From Eledone cirrhosa (Eukaryota), in assembly GCA_964016885.1 (NCBI GenBank), contig OZ024740.1:362576001-362640000 (forward strand): DNA of 64,000 nucleotides. Direction: 5' to 3'. Made by a program: the position numbers and the translations under genes. Of this stretch, positions 30,993 to 45,792 are shown piece by piece. Position 1 is the first letter of the stretch. Every line of letters starts with the position of its first letter. Under the pieces are notes generated by a model. It was not told where the DNA came from. It did not search any database and saw only the letters and a list, made by a program, of their open reading frames with translations.

Positions 30993-31511
30993 ATTACTTA
31001 ATAATCAGATATGTTTCATTTTTTTAATCATTAAAAAAAACATTGTGCAAGTACTTGAACCATTTATCTAGATTTCAGAAATCTAAAAAATCAAGAAACA
31101 CTGGGTATTTTGTGACTGGCTTGTTTTGAAATTGGCACAATGTCTCTCACCTGCCCATAGTTGTTTACAATCTTTTATTATATATTTTGTTGTTTTCGGT
31201 CATGACTAAAAGTTTTGGTATGGTTTTGTTTGGAAATGACTGCTCTACAACATGAAGTAACCATAGATATGAAATAGATCAATATATGAAAAAATGGGGT
31301 TTGGAGAGTGAATGATGAACATAGCATGCATCAATTTGTATTTGTATGTGTTAAATACAACTATGTTCTTATTTTCTTTCTTTAATTTTCATTATATATA
31401 TTATATGTAGTACAGCTATTCTATATAGGTATTTCATGAATTTTAAATTAATTAATAAATTTCAAACAGATCTTGCTGTAGAAGTGTATTAAATTGTATC
31501 TGTTAAATAAA

Positions 31512-31698
31512 TGTTTCTACTTTTGGCACAAGGCCAGCAATTACCCAGTGTATTACTGGTACTTTATTTTATCGACCCCATAAGGATGAAAGGCAAAGTT
31601 AACCTCGGCGGGATTTGAACTCAGAATGGCAAGGGCTGTAACTCTATGCGTCAAAGCATGGCGTCCGACCCTCTACCGATACTGCCAATCCACCGCCC
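31512..31698 (-). mobile_element. Same SINE family, 11-12 bp TSD
   Basis: tgttaaataaa on both sides. Confidence 0.9.
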
Positions 31699-32051
31699 TG
31701 TTAAATAAAGTTGTGTATTTTTCATTGTTTATTTTATACTTGTGTCCAGAAATCTGGCATATCTGGAAATCAGGACTACCTCCAAGCTCGATGGATAAAT
31801 AATTCAGTAGCTGTATCTTTCAAAATAAAATAAGCAAAATTTTTCATTTTACACTTTTAGCAAAGATATATTATAATAAATATTAGTTTACCACATGACT
31901 CAAAGATTGCAATTTATGTTTATTACTAATAATCTATAATCAAAATGTTTGGTAAGGAAATAAATTTGTTGTTATATTTTGGGAGGTCCATGCTGCCAAT
32001 AAAAACATGTCTCAGTTGAGTTTCACTTCAGTTTGTATTATTAATTAGGTA

Positions 32052-32240
32052 GGGGCGGTGGATTGGCAGTATCGGTAGAGGGTCGGATGCCATGCTTTGT
32101 AGCAAAGAGTTACAGCCCTTTATGGTCTGAGTTCAAATCCCGCTGAGGTTTGCTTTGCCTTTCATCTTTACGGGGTCGATAAAATAAAGTACCAGTAATG
32201 TACTGGGTAATTGCTGGCCTTGTGCCAAAAGTAGAAACAA
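32052..32240 (+). mobile_element. Same SINE family, about 15 bp TSD
   Basis: attattaatYaggta on both sides. Confidence 0.9.
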
Positions 32241-32675
32241 TTATTAATCAGGTAATTAATTTGTCAGCTGGTTAATCAACCATTCATCTATTTACCATAA
32301 AATGGTTCCAAAATTACCATCTAAGTCTTAGATGCAAAATTGAGGTATCTGGTAAACTAATGCTTTTCTTAATATTCCACACACGGATGGAGGGGTGGGT
32401 TTTATATGACTTGGGAGTTCTGTATGCCATCAAATATGGCACCTAATTGTCCAAGTACTTTGATCATTTAGTCTGTGACCTTATCAATGACTTTTTGCCC
32501 TCTGTGTTTCTTCTCCATCTCCATTTGAGTTCCAGCCTACTCCATTTTCTTTTTGTTTTGGCAGCATGTTCCTCCCATAGTATGACAATAGTTCTTTCAA
32601 CACACAATTTCACATCATGAATCTTGCAAAACAAATACAAAAACGAATTAATTTATTTTTGTTTATTTTTAATAG

Positions 32676-32776
32676 GCATCATCCAAGGAGTTTATTCCAC
32701 AAGCAAAATTAACCCGTCCAAAGTTGAAGAAGAGAGGTTCAGTTTTATCAGACTACTTCACTCCCAATTCAGGAAG
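32676..32776 (+). CDS. CRACR2A: Host gene exon: ASSKEFIPQAKLTRPKLKKRGSVLSDYFTPNSG
   Basis: Strong T-rich tract + tAG, aagGTGCC donor, phase 0 to 2; KKRGSVLSDY resembles CRACR2A KKRSGSVIGKY. Confidence 0.8.
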
Positions 32777-34685
32777 GTGCCGTCAATTTGTAACTTCTGT
32801 TCACTAAACCAAGCTGTTTTCTCTATTTAAGCTGCTTCTTAAAGTTCATTTCCCAGTTACTGTGGCTGAGATTGGGTTTGTGGATTAAGTTCCTACAAGT
32901 TATTCTTTGCTAAATTTACACCACCTACCTCAGGGTTTTCTTTGTTATCTTCTATTAATATTTCTCAACATAAATCTGCTCTGTTTCTAGATTTTCTGGG
33001 GTTTTTTTTGTTTTTTTTTTTAATAAAAGAACTAAATCATTTTGTTTTATTTCATGAAGTGTTTGAACATTTTGTTTATTTCAGTTGTTACTATTTCTGC
33101 TATGCCTTTTCTAAATTAGTACTATTTTTTGAAGTTCAAACATAGTCTTATAAATGCAGATTTTAGTCCTTTTTGGTACCAGACTGACTGTAACTGCCTC
33201 TGATTTTAGAATACAAAGCTGTATATTTTAAAGTGTTTATATTTATCTAAAGACCTATCATATAAAACTTCTATCAAAATTTTACGTCAAAAGCTTTAAA
33301 TCATCTTTCAACTGCCAACTTAGTAATGAGAAAGTTATATTACACATTTTCCTCCAATTTTTATTATTTTCAAAATTATTTAAAAACCATAGGCAGTGTC
33401 TTTCATTATGGAAACAAAGGGGTTAAAGTGTTTATAGTTATCTAAAAACCCTCCATCATAATTTTATGTTCTAAACACCAGCTTCATAGGAGAAAATTAA
33501 TTATATTACTAAATTCAATTGTAATTTCTAACTAATTTCTAAATTATTTGAAAATCATTGGCAATGTCTTTCATTTGTACCAACTGTAGCAAGTTTCATG
33601 TTTGAACCATTGATACCTTGTTATAATTTCTAGATGAGATGTTTGAGTAGTCTATACTACTTAATGTTTCAAAATAGATGAGTGTTAAATTCCACTGAGA
33701 GAGAATAAATGTAGGAATTGAGGTTGCTCTCTGAGATGTTTTGTTTTGGGGGAACAAAGTGTCACTTACACACTAGCACTCGTTGATGTAGGTGCAAAAT
33801 GGCAGAGTCATTAAAGTGCAGGAAAAGAGTTCCTAACTTTGGGTAAATTTAAACCTAAGGGCTAAATTTATCCTAATCAGGTGGTAGATATGCCAATTCT
33901 GAATTTATATATCCTTGAATTAATGAAAGCATTTCAAATTTTTTTTTAAATGAGTGAGAGCGTTTGCATTAATTATTATGACAATACAAGCAGATTTAAT
34001 TTACAGCTTTGTTTTTAATATCAATTTCTATACACCATAATTTTCTCAAAGCTAACATATTTTAAAACTGGACTTATTCAAGAAGTATTTACTTTGAATG
34101 AGATTTTGCTAATATTTCATTCTAACATAATATAAAATTACTCAACTAAAATTTAAATATTTTTCATTGAATTTATATGCAGAAAAAGCTTGTTTTTCTC
34201 ATTATTGTAATAGATTTTTATCAAACCTAAATAGAATTTTTTAATGTTTCTGTAAATTATATATTTACATCATATACCTAAGAGTAAAGTATTTTACCAG
34301 TGCATTATTTTTATGTTAAAATGTGTCTGATTGAAATTGAAGACGTTCATATTGAGCTTTTATAATAGTTAATTAGATAAGCCTAATGCAGGTAAGTAAT
34401 TATTGGTGTTTATCTTATGTATAATTTGCTAGATACATTGAGATAAGAATACCCAACTTTTGTATGTTTAAGCTGATTAGTCTTTGATAAAAGCTCATAC
34501 GCACATTCAACTTACATACAGGTTTATATAAATTCATGCAATCATATTCATAAAATACCTGATGTTATGGAATATGGATAAAAACATTAAAGTGGTACTA
34601 AAATATACATGGCACACATGGAGGCTGATGTAGGCTTCGTAAGCCACAGGGAAGGCAGCCGATTTATGAAAGCAGTAACTTAGTC

Positions 34686-34945
34686 ACCATCCTCATCAAC
34701 TTTTCGCCTCTGCTTTCCCATACTTACATGGGTTGGCCAGGTTTTTTCTAGTACAGTTTCCCTCCACCTATTATGTTCGTGCTCATTTTTATCTCTTCTA
34801 CTAGGTTTTGAGATCCACTCTCACCACTTCTGCCCAAGTCTTTCTTGGCCTTCCTCTACTGCAGCTTCCTTTGACTGGGAACCCCTGGGACTTCTTCACC
34901 CAACAATCACTATCCATTCATATGCATCACAAGTACATACCGGTT
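34686..34945 (-). mobile_element. Old RTE 3' fragment (third family)
   Basis: DCWVKKSQGFPVKGSCSRGRPRKTWAEVVRVDLK; aacccatgtaagtatgg tail. Confidence 0.7.
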
Positions 34946-35340
34946 TTTTGCACATAAATAAAACTGTATGGAGTAGACATAAACTTCATAAGCTGTTATG
35001 TAGGCAACCCAACTAGGAGAGCAGACTCTAAATAAAACAGATTATTAGCCATTCCATACATATATACATATTGAAATATTTTTTATATATGTATATATAT
35101 ATCCACACACTATTTATATATTGTTATACTTGGGGAGGGTCATATAGTTATAATGTTGCCAGAAATAATAACAGAACACAGTCACTGTTTGGTTAGTTTT
35201 CGCTTCTGTATCTTTTATATCGTCATAGTTAATTTATTTGGCAATCAATGTTGATTGCCAAATAAAGTATAACAATATTTGTTTCAACACACATTTCATA
35301 TCAAAAACCTTGCAAAACAAATATATATATATATATATTT

Positions 35341-35753
35341 GTAATACAGAAGACCTGCCTTACCTAAGTACAAAGTGAAACCTACTACAGTCAGTACGCA
35401 CCTCTAACAAAAATACACCCCCATCTCACTACACCCACCCCATCCACACCACCCCTTTCAATGTAAAGTTATGTTGGTACCACAACATCCAGTCCGAAAC
35501 AAATGAGGTCGTGTAGGTGTCACGACAAAAAAACACAGTCCACGCTGTAATGTGGCCGTGTAGGCAACACGGTAAAAACCTCCCAGTCCACACTGTAAAC
35601 GTGGTTGGTGTTAGGAAGGGCATCCAGCCGTAGAAAACCTGCCAGACAGTCCTATGCGAGCAAGACAATCACTCTTGCCTCAAGTGGGACTACCCCCGTC
35701 CAAACCCATGCAAGCGTGGAACATGGACGTTAAACGATGATGATGATGATGAT
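35341..35753 (+). mobile_element. RTE family A 3' UTR copy
   Basis: Matches about 51323-51747. Confidence 0.95.
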
Positions 35754-36115
35754 ATATATTAACACAGTTTAAAAGTTTAAGCAAACAATTTCTGCTTTCA
35801 CCGTTATTGAGTCCTCTCTGGATTTTGGTCTTTGTATTTATTAGTACTATATATATATGTATATATATATGGTTGGCATTAAGGAGGGCTTCGAACCGTA
35901 GAAACCAAACCAGAATTGGTCCACTGTGAGCAGGACATGGTCGTCTGCTCTGACTTGGCTCACATCTGGACTACTCGTCTAACCCATGCTAGTGTGGATA
36001 AATGGACGTTAAACAGTGATGATAATGCTATATATATGTATGTATATAACACAACCCTGTATATGAGTGTATATAAAGAATAATTTTTAGTGATCATTAT
36101 GTATTTGAATATAAA

Positions 36116-36300
36116 GGGCGGTGAATTGGCAGTATCGGTAGAGAGTCGGACGCCATGCTTTCCAGCATAATTACGTCTCTTTACAGTCTGAGTTCAAATC
36201 CCGCCGAGGTTAACTTTGCCTTTCATACTTACGGGGTCGATAAAATAAAGTACCAGTAATGTACTGGGTAATTGCTGGCCTTGCGCCAAAAGTAGAAACA
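36116..36300 (+). mobile_element. Meta-domain-like SINE, 18-bp TSD
   Basis: attatgtatttgaatata at 36096-36113 and 36301-36318. Confidence 0.92.
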
Positions 36301-36772
36301 ATTATGTATTTGAATATAGTTGTATCTAATCTTTTTGATAACAACCCAGCCCCTAAATGAATGGTTCTGTAAAACAAACCCATTAATTTTAAAGTGTTCA
36401 TATTAAAATCCATATCTTCTAGCATACATTGATATACAAGACCCTTTTGTTAAACTATATTACAAATACCATCTTAATGAAATAATTTTTGATCTTAGTA
36501 AATCCCTTAAAATTCTTTGTCAGTTAAATAGGGCCAGACTTAAACAAATTGGACAAATTGTTCTCAAATGGGCCCTACACTAATCTACTCTGCTCATCAA
36601 GTACACACAACATTCCTCTTCTTTCTATATTTCATCTGCCTGTCACCCACCTTGTGGATTGTCTCTCTGTTGACTGCTGGTCTCTGTCCTCTGAGGCATT
36701 TTGCCCATCGCTGTCTTTGACAGCATTTAGTTGTTTTAACATCTGTTCTAGCAATGAGTTTTCTCATTCTTT

Positions 36773-36841
<69 letters not shown>

Positions 36842-39800
36842 GTGTGGCCTAGTGGTAAGGGTATTGGACTTATGATCATAATGTCGTGGGTTCGATTCCT
36901 GGGTTGCATGTTGCGTTCTTGAGCAAAACACTTCATTTCACTTTGATCCAATATACTCAGCTGAAAATGAGTACCTGCGATAGATTGGCATCCTGTCCAG
37001 GGGGAAGTCTTGTAGTCTCAGTCACTTCACACCATGAAACCAGGATAAGCACCAGCCAAATGAGCCTTTTAGCTTAAGACAGACTTGTGACGTTTTTTAG
37101 GCTATATATATATATAACAACAAACCAAAGTATAAAGCAGTACTGTCACTGCATTACATTAAAAATTGAAGTCTTTGCTCTAATATTGCAAGTTTTCACA
37201 ATGATCTGTCTGAAGATAAAGACACTATAAACATTTGAATTAAAAAACCACCTCAGCAAGATTTTATTGAAAACTACAAAATAGCACTAATATTGCATCC
37301 AAAAGGAATTACAGATTTTACTTCAAATTTTCACAATTATCTGTACCTTGTTAAAAATAATATAAACATGTGAATCAAAGAACCTACTTTCAGATATTCA
37401 GCTGCTAAATGATGTTAAGAGTTAACTAATGATTACTGTTTGCATAGATTCAATATTATTGTTATTGTTGTTGTTATTTAGTAGTCTTATTTGTATTATG
37501 TACTTTAACTATACTACTTAGTGCTTTGTTTTAGTTTTTCTATTTTAGTATTGAAACAAACTATATAAGGTACAGGAGACTCTTCAGTGTGGTTGAGGAT
37601 ATGACAATCTATTGCTAGTGCCATAATAAAATGCCTCCAGTACACTTTGTAAAGTGGCAGAGCTGGTGTCATGAAAAAAGGTACCTAGAACACTTCTGAA
37701 AAGCAGTAGTACTTGTGCTACAATAAAATGCATCCAATATTCTGTAAAAATGTTTGGCATTAGAAAAGGCATGTAGCTCTAGAAACCATGCCAAATATGG
37801 AATGTATGAGCAAAATGAGGACTCTACAAACTATCTAGTCTTAGATCATGACAACACATCTAACCTAGGTCAGCATGGAAAGCAGATGTAAAATGATGTT
37901 GATGATGATGACAAAAGTACACTTCAATATGTGTGAAATGTTTAGTAGTTTTATATGTACCATATATACTCAAATAAAGTTGAGGAATATGTAACAAAAA
38001 ATTGATGGTACAATGGAGAATCAGCTTATATTTGGGATCAATATTTTGACAATTTTCACCGACTTCAAATTCTATGTAAATAAGATACTAAAATATCTAG
38101 AGTGATTATATTACAATGAACCACAGTTTTTCTACATCTAATACATCATCATTAGTGTTATTTATGCTTTAAACATTTTCATACTTAAATATCCCATACA
38201 TATCGATGCATGCACACGTGCACACACATACATGCATGCACACATGTGCACATACATACACACACTCCGACTGTTTTTCTTTGACTTAATATTACTTTTT
38301 CTTTCAATCTTGCGTTTTATTGCTCTCACTCACTCTCGCTTCTCTTGCTCTAGCCCTCTCTTTTACTCACTCTGTCTCCCCTCTCACCTGCTGTCTCTCC
38401 CTCCCTGTTTTACTCTATAATCCCTATACAAATTTATCTTATTTGATCTCTTGCTTTCAACTTCTCCCAGCATGTGAGTGGTCAGAAGTACACAAAAATT
38501 TGAGAAACTTGTTGGAAGTATAAAACAGATGAAATGGTAAAAAATCCTTACATAATAGAGTTGTAAACAAAACTATACTCTAAACTACACTGAAAACATT
38601 TTAAACATCAAAATGTTAAAACTTCATAAATATATTCTATACTCATGAGAATTTCAAAACCACACCATCTAAACAAAGTGTTGATTAACTGCTCTGGCTT
38701 ATAAATGGGGTTTGGATTTTTGCCCATTTTTCAGTAAAAAAAAAGGGGGTTGGCTTATACTCACATCAGCTTATATTTGATTATATAAGTATGTTTTGCA
38801 TATTTGTAAGTGCTGAAGTTTTTGTTATGCATCTTATCTACATGGTTTCCTTAGAACCTATTAGTAGCAAGATTGGTTCTGTTTTCAGTGCTCACATTCT
38901 GGTTATATCTATTTCCAGATATATATGGGTAATTTCTTGATACTTCAACTGTGGTGCATGGCCTAGTGTTTAAAGTGTTAGGCTCTCTATCAAAAAGTCA
39001 TTAGTTCAATACTTGGTAGTATGTTGTGTCTTTGAGTAAGACACAATATTTCATGTTGTTGTAATCTTCTCAGCTATCAAATGTTAGTTGTATCTGTAAT
39101 TCATATTCTTGTTTATATTCCAAATTAATATTTTAAAAAAATCATAGGCAGTGAGTTTTATTAGAAATGTGGTAATGAAAGGATTAAAAAAAAATACCAG
39201 CTTAATAAAGAGATAAGTTATATTACTAAAACCCTCCAAATTCTTGATTATTTTCAAAATGACTTGAAAATCATAGGCAGTCTTTCATTAGAAATATTGT
39301 AATGAAAGTATTAAACAGAAGGTGGCAAGTGATGGTTTTATTTAACATATTTTTCTCATGTATGATATGAAATTCCTCAAAATAAAATTAAGGTGGAGTG
39401 ACTTTATACATGAATACAAGTTTTCGGAAATTTTTACTGAACTTAAAAATATTCATTTTAAATGGCAAGATTATAACTATGCATTGATAAACCCACTTCT
39501 ACATAAAATGCTTAACATCATAAGAAACTGAATATTGTAGTAAAATTAGTATGCGATGGAGATTTTGATGGATAACTGTACAAGTTTACAAAAGAATTTA
39601 CGAAGTCACAGTTGCATTCTAGGGCCGTATTATACACAAGGATGTCATTTATTCCCATTAGAAACCAAAGTCGCATTATTCTCAAGTCATATTATACACA
39701 AATAAATATTCTGTCTAGAAGAAGTGAAATAAATGATTATATGAGATCTTGATTTCTTACATTCTGAAAAAACCCACACATTTGTCAGTGAGAAATCGTG

Positions 39801-40422
39801 TCAATATACCCCTTGTACTTATATTTCAACAATGATGAGATGAATGGTAAAGTCAACCTTGGGGTCATTTGATTTCAGAACATAAAGGGACAGAACTAAA
39901 GGAATTTTTCAGGCACTCTAATGCATTTGCCATCCATAGACCCTTCCTTTCCTCAATATGAGATATTATTTTGATACCAAACTGCATGAAACCACCCTGA
40001 TTTTATGATATAAAATTGTTTATTTTAAAGTGTTTATAAAACCTATCATAATTTTATGTAAGACCATTTGTTAAGTTATGCTCCAAACACCAGCTGGATA
40101 ATGAGAAAGTTGTATTACTAAATCTTTCTGAATTCTTGATTATTTTCAAAATGATTTGAAAAACATAGGCAATGACTTTCATTAGTAATATAGTAATGAA
40201 AGGTTTAAATGCCATGATCACAGAAAAAAGTGGGATGAATCCAAACAAAACAAACTTGTTAACAATAATAATTTCTTTGGGTGTTGAAGTGTTTCTATGT
40301 CTATTACTGAAGTTTTATTGAAGTGTTTAAATAAATGCTTGGCTTTCCATTCAATAGGAGAGTGTGGTGGATTAAGAGTGGGTGGTTGACTGGGCTGTAG
40401 CTTGGGGTCACACAATATTTAA

Positions 40423-40630
40423 CCCCTTAGCATTTACATTACTCTATATTTATTTTTGTATTTTCATGGTAAACACTATATTCCACATAGTATCAAATCT
40501 ACGAGATTTTGATATTATTTATTTTGAGAACAATACCGTAACATAAATATGAGCAGCCGGTTACACCTGGTTTGAACAGAAAGAGGTGAGAGAATTCTGG
40601 ACGGATATAGCTGGTTTAAATGCTAAAGGT
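40423..40630. mobile_element. TTAA-specific MITE (second family)
   Basis: TTAA|ccccttagcattta...taaatgctaaaggt|TTAA. Confidence 0.7.
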
Positions 40631-41269
40631 TTAAAGGGCTCCAAATTAATTTATTTGCTACCATAAATAATATGACGGTTCTGACATTTTCAGCCAATGG
40701 CCCCCTGAAAGCTTTGTCCATGTGGGATAGGACAAGTGTTTTAAAACCATTTTCCTGTTAATGCAGGAGTTAACCTTGTGGACCCCCATGACACTCTTCA
40801 TATTCATCACCACATCCTTTTTGAAGCAATATTTTATGGCTGGATGCCCATCTTGGCACCAACCCCTTTTTAGTCACCTCTTCTAATGTACAAAACCAAC
40901 CACAACAAAAAATCACTATTAGGTTGTCATTCTGGTGCCATAATGAAAAGCACCTAGTCCACCCTGTAAACTGGTAGTGGTGGTACCACAAAAGCAAAAA
41001 AAAAAAAACTCCCAGTAAATGCTGTAATGTGGTTGGCATTAGGAAGGGCATTCAGTGATAGAAACCAATCCCAAAACAGATCTGCATGAGCAAGACATGA
41101 TCACGGGACCTGGCTAGCCTCATAATGTGACAACCAGACCTAGTTTGGTTAGTACCATTTTGGGAGGACATACAAAAATCCTGGCCATTTTATTTGATAA
41201 TACCATTTGAAACTGCTCCTAGTTCTATGGTACAAATTTGTTTATTTTAAAATGTTTATCATCACCATT

Positions 41270-41560
41270 TGATGACTGTCTTCTTTGCTACCTACTGACC
41301 TCTCAGATGGGCTAGGAGCCTGCATTTTGCTTACGTATGTTCCCATGCTCTATTGAGTGCTCAGATGGGTCAATGAGCTGCATCTGCCCTGTATCATGGC
41401 TCCAGCCTTGGGAGGTAGTTATGTCTTTGATAAAGCTGAAGAGTTTCTGATTCTTTGTTTGACAAGCTCTATGCAACTGGATGTGCTTATCATGGCACCA
41501 ACACAAGAGATGTCAATCATTGATTCAAGTGTAGAGTTCTCTCTGAACCTATGGATGAGG
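41270..41560 (-). pseudogene. Possible decayed DNA-transposon ORF fragment (Academ/CXC-type C-terminus)
   Basis: ...LPPKAGAMIQGR...MQAPSPSE weakly resembles the LPPT..AL..H..R...PSP..WGW motif; heavily degraded. Confidence 0.25.
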
Positions 41561-42436
41561 AGAGAAAGAAAATAAGTATGATATACCTTTAAGTTATGCT
41601 CCATATTCCAGCTTAATAATGAGAAATTTAGTTTAAATCATTTCAAATTCTTTATTGTTTTCAAAATGGTTTGTAAATTATAAATACATAAAAGAAATGC
41701 TAACCCTTTTGATACCAACCCATCCAAAACTGCCCAAGGTTATATGATACACAAATTCTTGTTTTAAAGTGTTTAGGTTTAAATCACAACAATTCCCTAC
41801 AATTTTAAAGTAAGAACAGTTTGTAAAAAAATGTTTAGTAATAACAAAGCTAAGTGTATCATTAAATTTCCAGCTTCTTAAGCATAAGTGAGTGTTGTAG
41901 TTTGCTTAAAGCATTGTATATAGTGTAGAAAATAATGTTTTGTTTGAAAGCTGCCATAATGTGTATTGGACAGTAAGTATTTTATATATGATGGCAATAT
42001 CGGAATGTTACCTTGCAAGTCTTTATAGATCTTTATATTTGGGGATAAAAATGGCAGCTTAAGAGTGACAAAAAGTATATGGCTTTGAACTGGTTTCTTC
42101 TATAATCCTTTCGATGAAGGGATTTTATTTTGAAATATAAGGGCCTATAAAGAACTTCTAACATCCATGTTATCCTATTTTCAACATTTACCATCCAATT
42201 CACATAGTGTTTTGTTTGAAAGCTGCCACAATGTTTCCCATTTTTTAAGAATTGGTACACCATATTGAATGTTGTAAGGGATGGATAAAAGGGTTGCCAT
42301 CAGGAAGGGCATCCAGCTGTAAAGCATTGCCTTAAAATTTTCCAACTGACGATCCATGTCAGCATGGAGAAGTGGATGTAAAAACAATGCTTCTGATTCT
42401 TATATATATATATATTGTCTTTCTTACTTTATATAG

Positions 42437-42697
42437 AAAACCAAATTTCTCCAGTAATGGTGACTGCTCTGATGAAATAGAATCTGATGATGATTATTTA
42501 GATGAAGATCTAGAAGCTATTCAAGAAGTTGAGGATGAAGATGTTGATCCCTATAGTCATAAAATCCTAGAAAATGGCCTCCAAAATTCATTTAATCACA
42601 AGAACTTTCAGACAGGGAAACAGAAAAGATCTACATTTTCTAAGACAAACAGTCAAAGCTCTGTTAGCTCTAATGAGGATCCAGAGTCAACAGAAAG
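42437..42697 (+). CDS. CRACR2A: Host gene exon, acidic/Ser-rich linker (KPNFSSNGDCSDEIESDDDYLDEDL...EDPESTE)
   Basis: Inside ORF 42372..42746; ttcttactttatatAG acceptor, aagGTATG donor, phase 2 to 2. Confidence 0.8.
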
Positions 42698-45600
42698 GTA
42701 TGCGTTTGTGTATTTACAATTAATCCTAGATAATCTATTGAATTGAGGGAGTGAATAAGGCATGACAACAATAGCTAGAATGTAATGTGTATGGAAGACG
42801 TTCTGGAAACTGAATGGTGTACTAATGAGGATGGTGAAACTGAGGGGAAAGGTGTATGCTGATTTATGAGAGTGAGAAATGGGTGGTAGATGTTGAACAG
42901 CAGAAAAGGCTATAAAGAATAAAAATGAGAATGTTACCATGGATGAGTGGGGAAAGAGCCATTCCCTCACATTCTCCATTATTTTCAAAATTAATTATAA
43001 CATAAGCAATGTATTTTATGACAAATAGGGCTACAAAAGAAGATTTATATGTTTGTAGATTATAATCTGTTTGTTGATACTGATAAATAATTGCTATCTC
43101 CTGTATAATATACTTTGAGCTAGTAATGAGAAGAGAGTCCTTGGAATATCTGGTAACAACAGGAAAGATAATAGGAAATGGAGTCAAGCAAGTTTGAAAA
43201 TAAGTTAATCTGTTAACATCTTCACTAGCAGCGGAGAAGTTAACATTCACTATCCAGATTGTTAAAGACTATATGATATAGAAAAGAAATGATCACTTAT
43301 GCTGAATGGCAGCAAATTGGCTACTTCATAAGAGCACCAGATGGAATTCTTTGCAGTATTCATTCTGTCTCTCTGTACTCTAAGTTCAAATTCTGCCAAG
43401 GTTGACTTTACATTTCATCCTCTCAGGGTTCACAAAAAAGGATATCTCTTCCTTCCTTTCTCTCTTACTCTCTATTTTTCTAGATGAAATTAACTGTGTT
43501 CAGACCTGTAGAGAGATGGGTCCTGCCAAGTTTAAATGACTAAGACAGTATGTATATCATTGTATAACTCTGTCAGGAGTTTAGGTCTCATGGATGGCTG
43601 ATAAATGGTATGTTATCTAATAGATTAACATCTTAGTTTTTGGCAGAGAAGTCAACAACTACAATCCAGATTTTAGAGACCATATCAGATGGAAAGACAT
43701 GATCCTAAAAAAAGTCCAAAGTCCGTCAATAGCCCGAAGGCTCATCAGGCCAGTGTTTATCTCAGTTTCCTGGGTGTTAAGTGACTGAGAGTACAAGACT
43801 CACATCTGGGAAGGTCATCAGTCTATTGCAAGGATTACCTCCCAACTACTGCTGGTACTCCTATTCTGCTGAGTATACTAGAGCAGCATGACAACATGAA
43901 ATTAAGTCTTTTGCTCTAGAACACAACAAAGAACTCAGTCCAGGAACCAAACCCACGGCATAATGATTGTAAGTCCAAAACCATACCCTCTAGGCCACGG
44001 GCCTTCACATTTATTCTGAATAGCATGGTACCAGATTGAATGAATCCAGACACTCCTGTACAGTAAAGGCAATGACCACTTTCAGTTGATGATGTAGTTT
44101 TAGCAGTCTGTTCTGAACATGTTTCTTATCAGAATAGCACTAAGTATATATACATCCAGAAGTCTCAGATATTCATAACATGGTATGCTCTCAGCTGGGA
44201 ATAGTACCAGGTAAAATTCTATTACTCATTGAATGTGATATTGTTGAACAACTGGTGTAAAGATAGAATCTAGGGTCTAAGCAAAGTAAAATCTGGGGTC
44301 TAAGCAAACTGGTGATGATCTGCGCCAACAACAATTTCTCTATAGGAGATTTTTGTAGGAGGATTTGATAAGTTGAACCTTTCTAATGATAGACATGGTT
44401 TATGATTTTTCAAAACATTTTGAAAATAATCAAACACTTGGAGGGATTTAATAATATAGCTGGAGTTTGGAACATAACCTAACAGAGGCTCTCATAAAAT
44501 ATAAACATTTTGAAATAAACAGATTTGTATCTTAGAACTGTTTTGAGACTTAGTCCTTTATTTAAGAAATGAGTGAAAGTAATATTATTGTTGTCGTTAT
44601 TGTTTGAGTTATAGACAAATTCTGTATAAATGAATATTATAAAATAATTATATATTTGAATCTCAACTAATGCAGATGTTGATTATATCATTATAAACTA
44701 TTTTTAAGATTAGGAAAGATATCCAATAATGATGAAGTTTTGTAGATTTAACTTTTTTTATATGAACCCTGTCAAAACCAATTATTTTTAAAAGGTTTCT
44801 ATTTAAATTAAAATCTTCCATCATGATTTTATATAAGGACCATTTGTTAAGCTACTATCTTAGTGATGATATACTTTCATAAATTAATTGCATATAGTTG
44901 TATAGTAACTATTTCATATTAAATTTATAGGAAAAAAAACTTTGTTCAAACAGAAAAGGATCGCATAAATAATTTACAAAATGAAGGTCAATCGAAATTA
45001 CCTATGTGAGTATTTTATTATTCCAATTCATTTCCTGATATGTTTCATGAAATTTATTGAGCATAAAATATAACAGTTTGCCATAAATTCCCACTACTAA
45101 AGGTTAAAAGGTAAAACTATTGGGAAGTAGCCAATACTTCAATGATATAATATAGGTTGTTGAAAAGCTTTTACTTAGAAAAATACTGGAATATAGTCAA
45201 TAGTTTGATTGATCTGGCTGAAAAGATTAACAGTTAAATGGAATATTATGTTAAGATCAGAAACTAAATGTTAATATAACAGATCTAATAATTATTAAAT
45301 TGTATTAAAACTTTAAAAATTGACAATTTCACATTTATGAATATAGAAGCACAATTTTATTTGTGATGTGATATATTACTGTTTGGAATATTAGAAACAC
45401 TAGCAGAAAAACCACCCTTTGGGTGGTTTTCTGCTAGCATGTGTAGTGTGCATATTGATATTATACGCAAGTATATATATATGTAGATATGATACATCAA
45501 ATAAAATCGTAATTGACAATATCCACAGAAATTGAATGAAGACTGCGTTACACTGTCTTATGTAATCAATAACGTAATCCATGATACATTAAAAAAAGAC

Positions 45601-45792
45601 GATATTATATATAAACTGCATTAAGAGAAAATTAGTGATGGAAATATATGAATGTTTATTTAAGCGATCACTAACCGTAATTGTTGACATTTGAAAATTT
45701 TAAAGAAGTGAATCTTAAAATAAGCAACAAAATTATTTATATTTAATCAAGAATAACGAAATTTAGTAGATAAATTATGTAATATTCATTCA

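Noticed and set aside
43728-43752. CUGAUGA-gcc-uucg-ggc on the minus strand
   Set aside because: No GAAA follows; it lies in a SINE tail.
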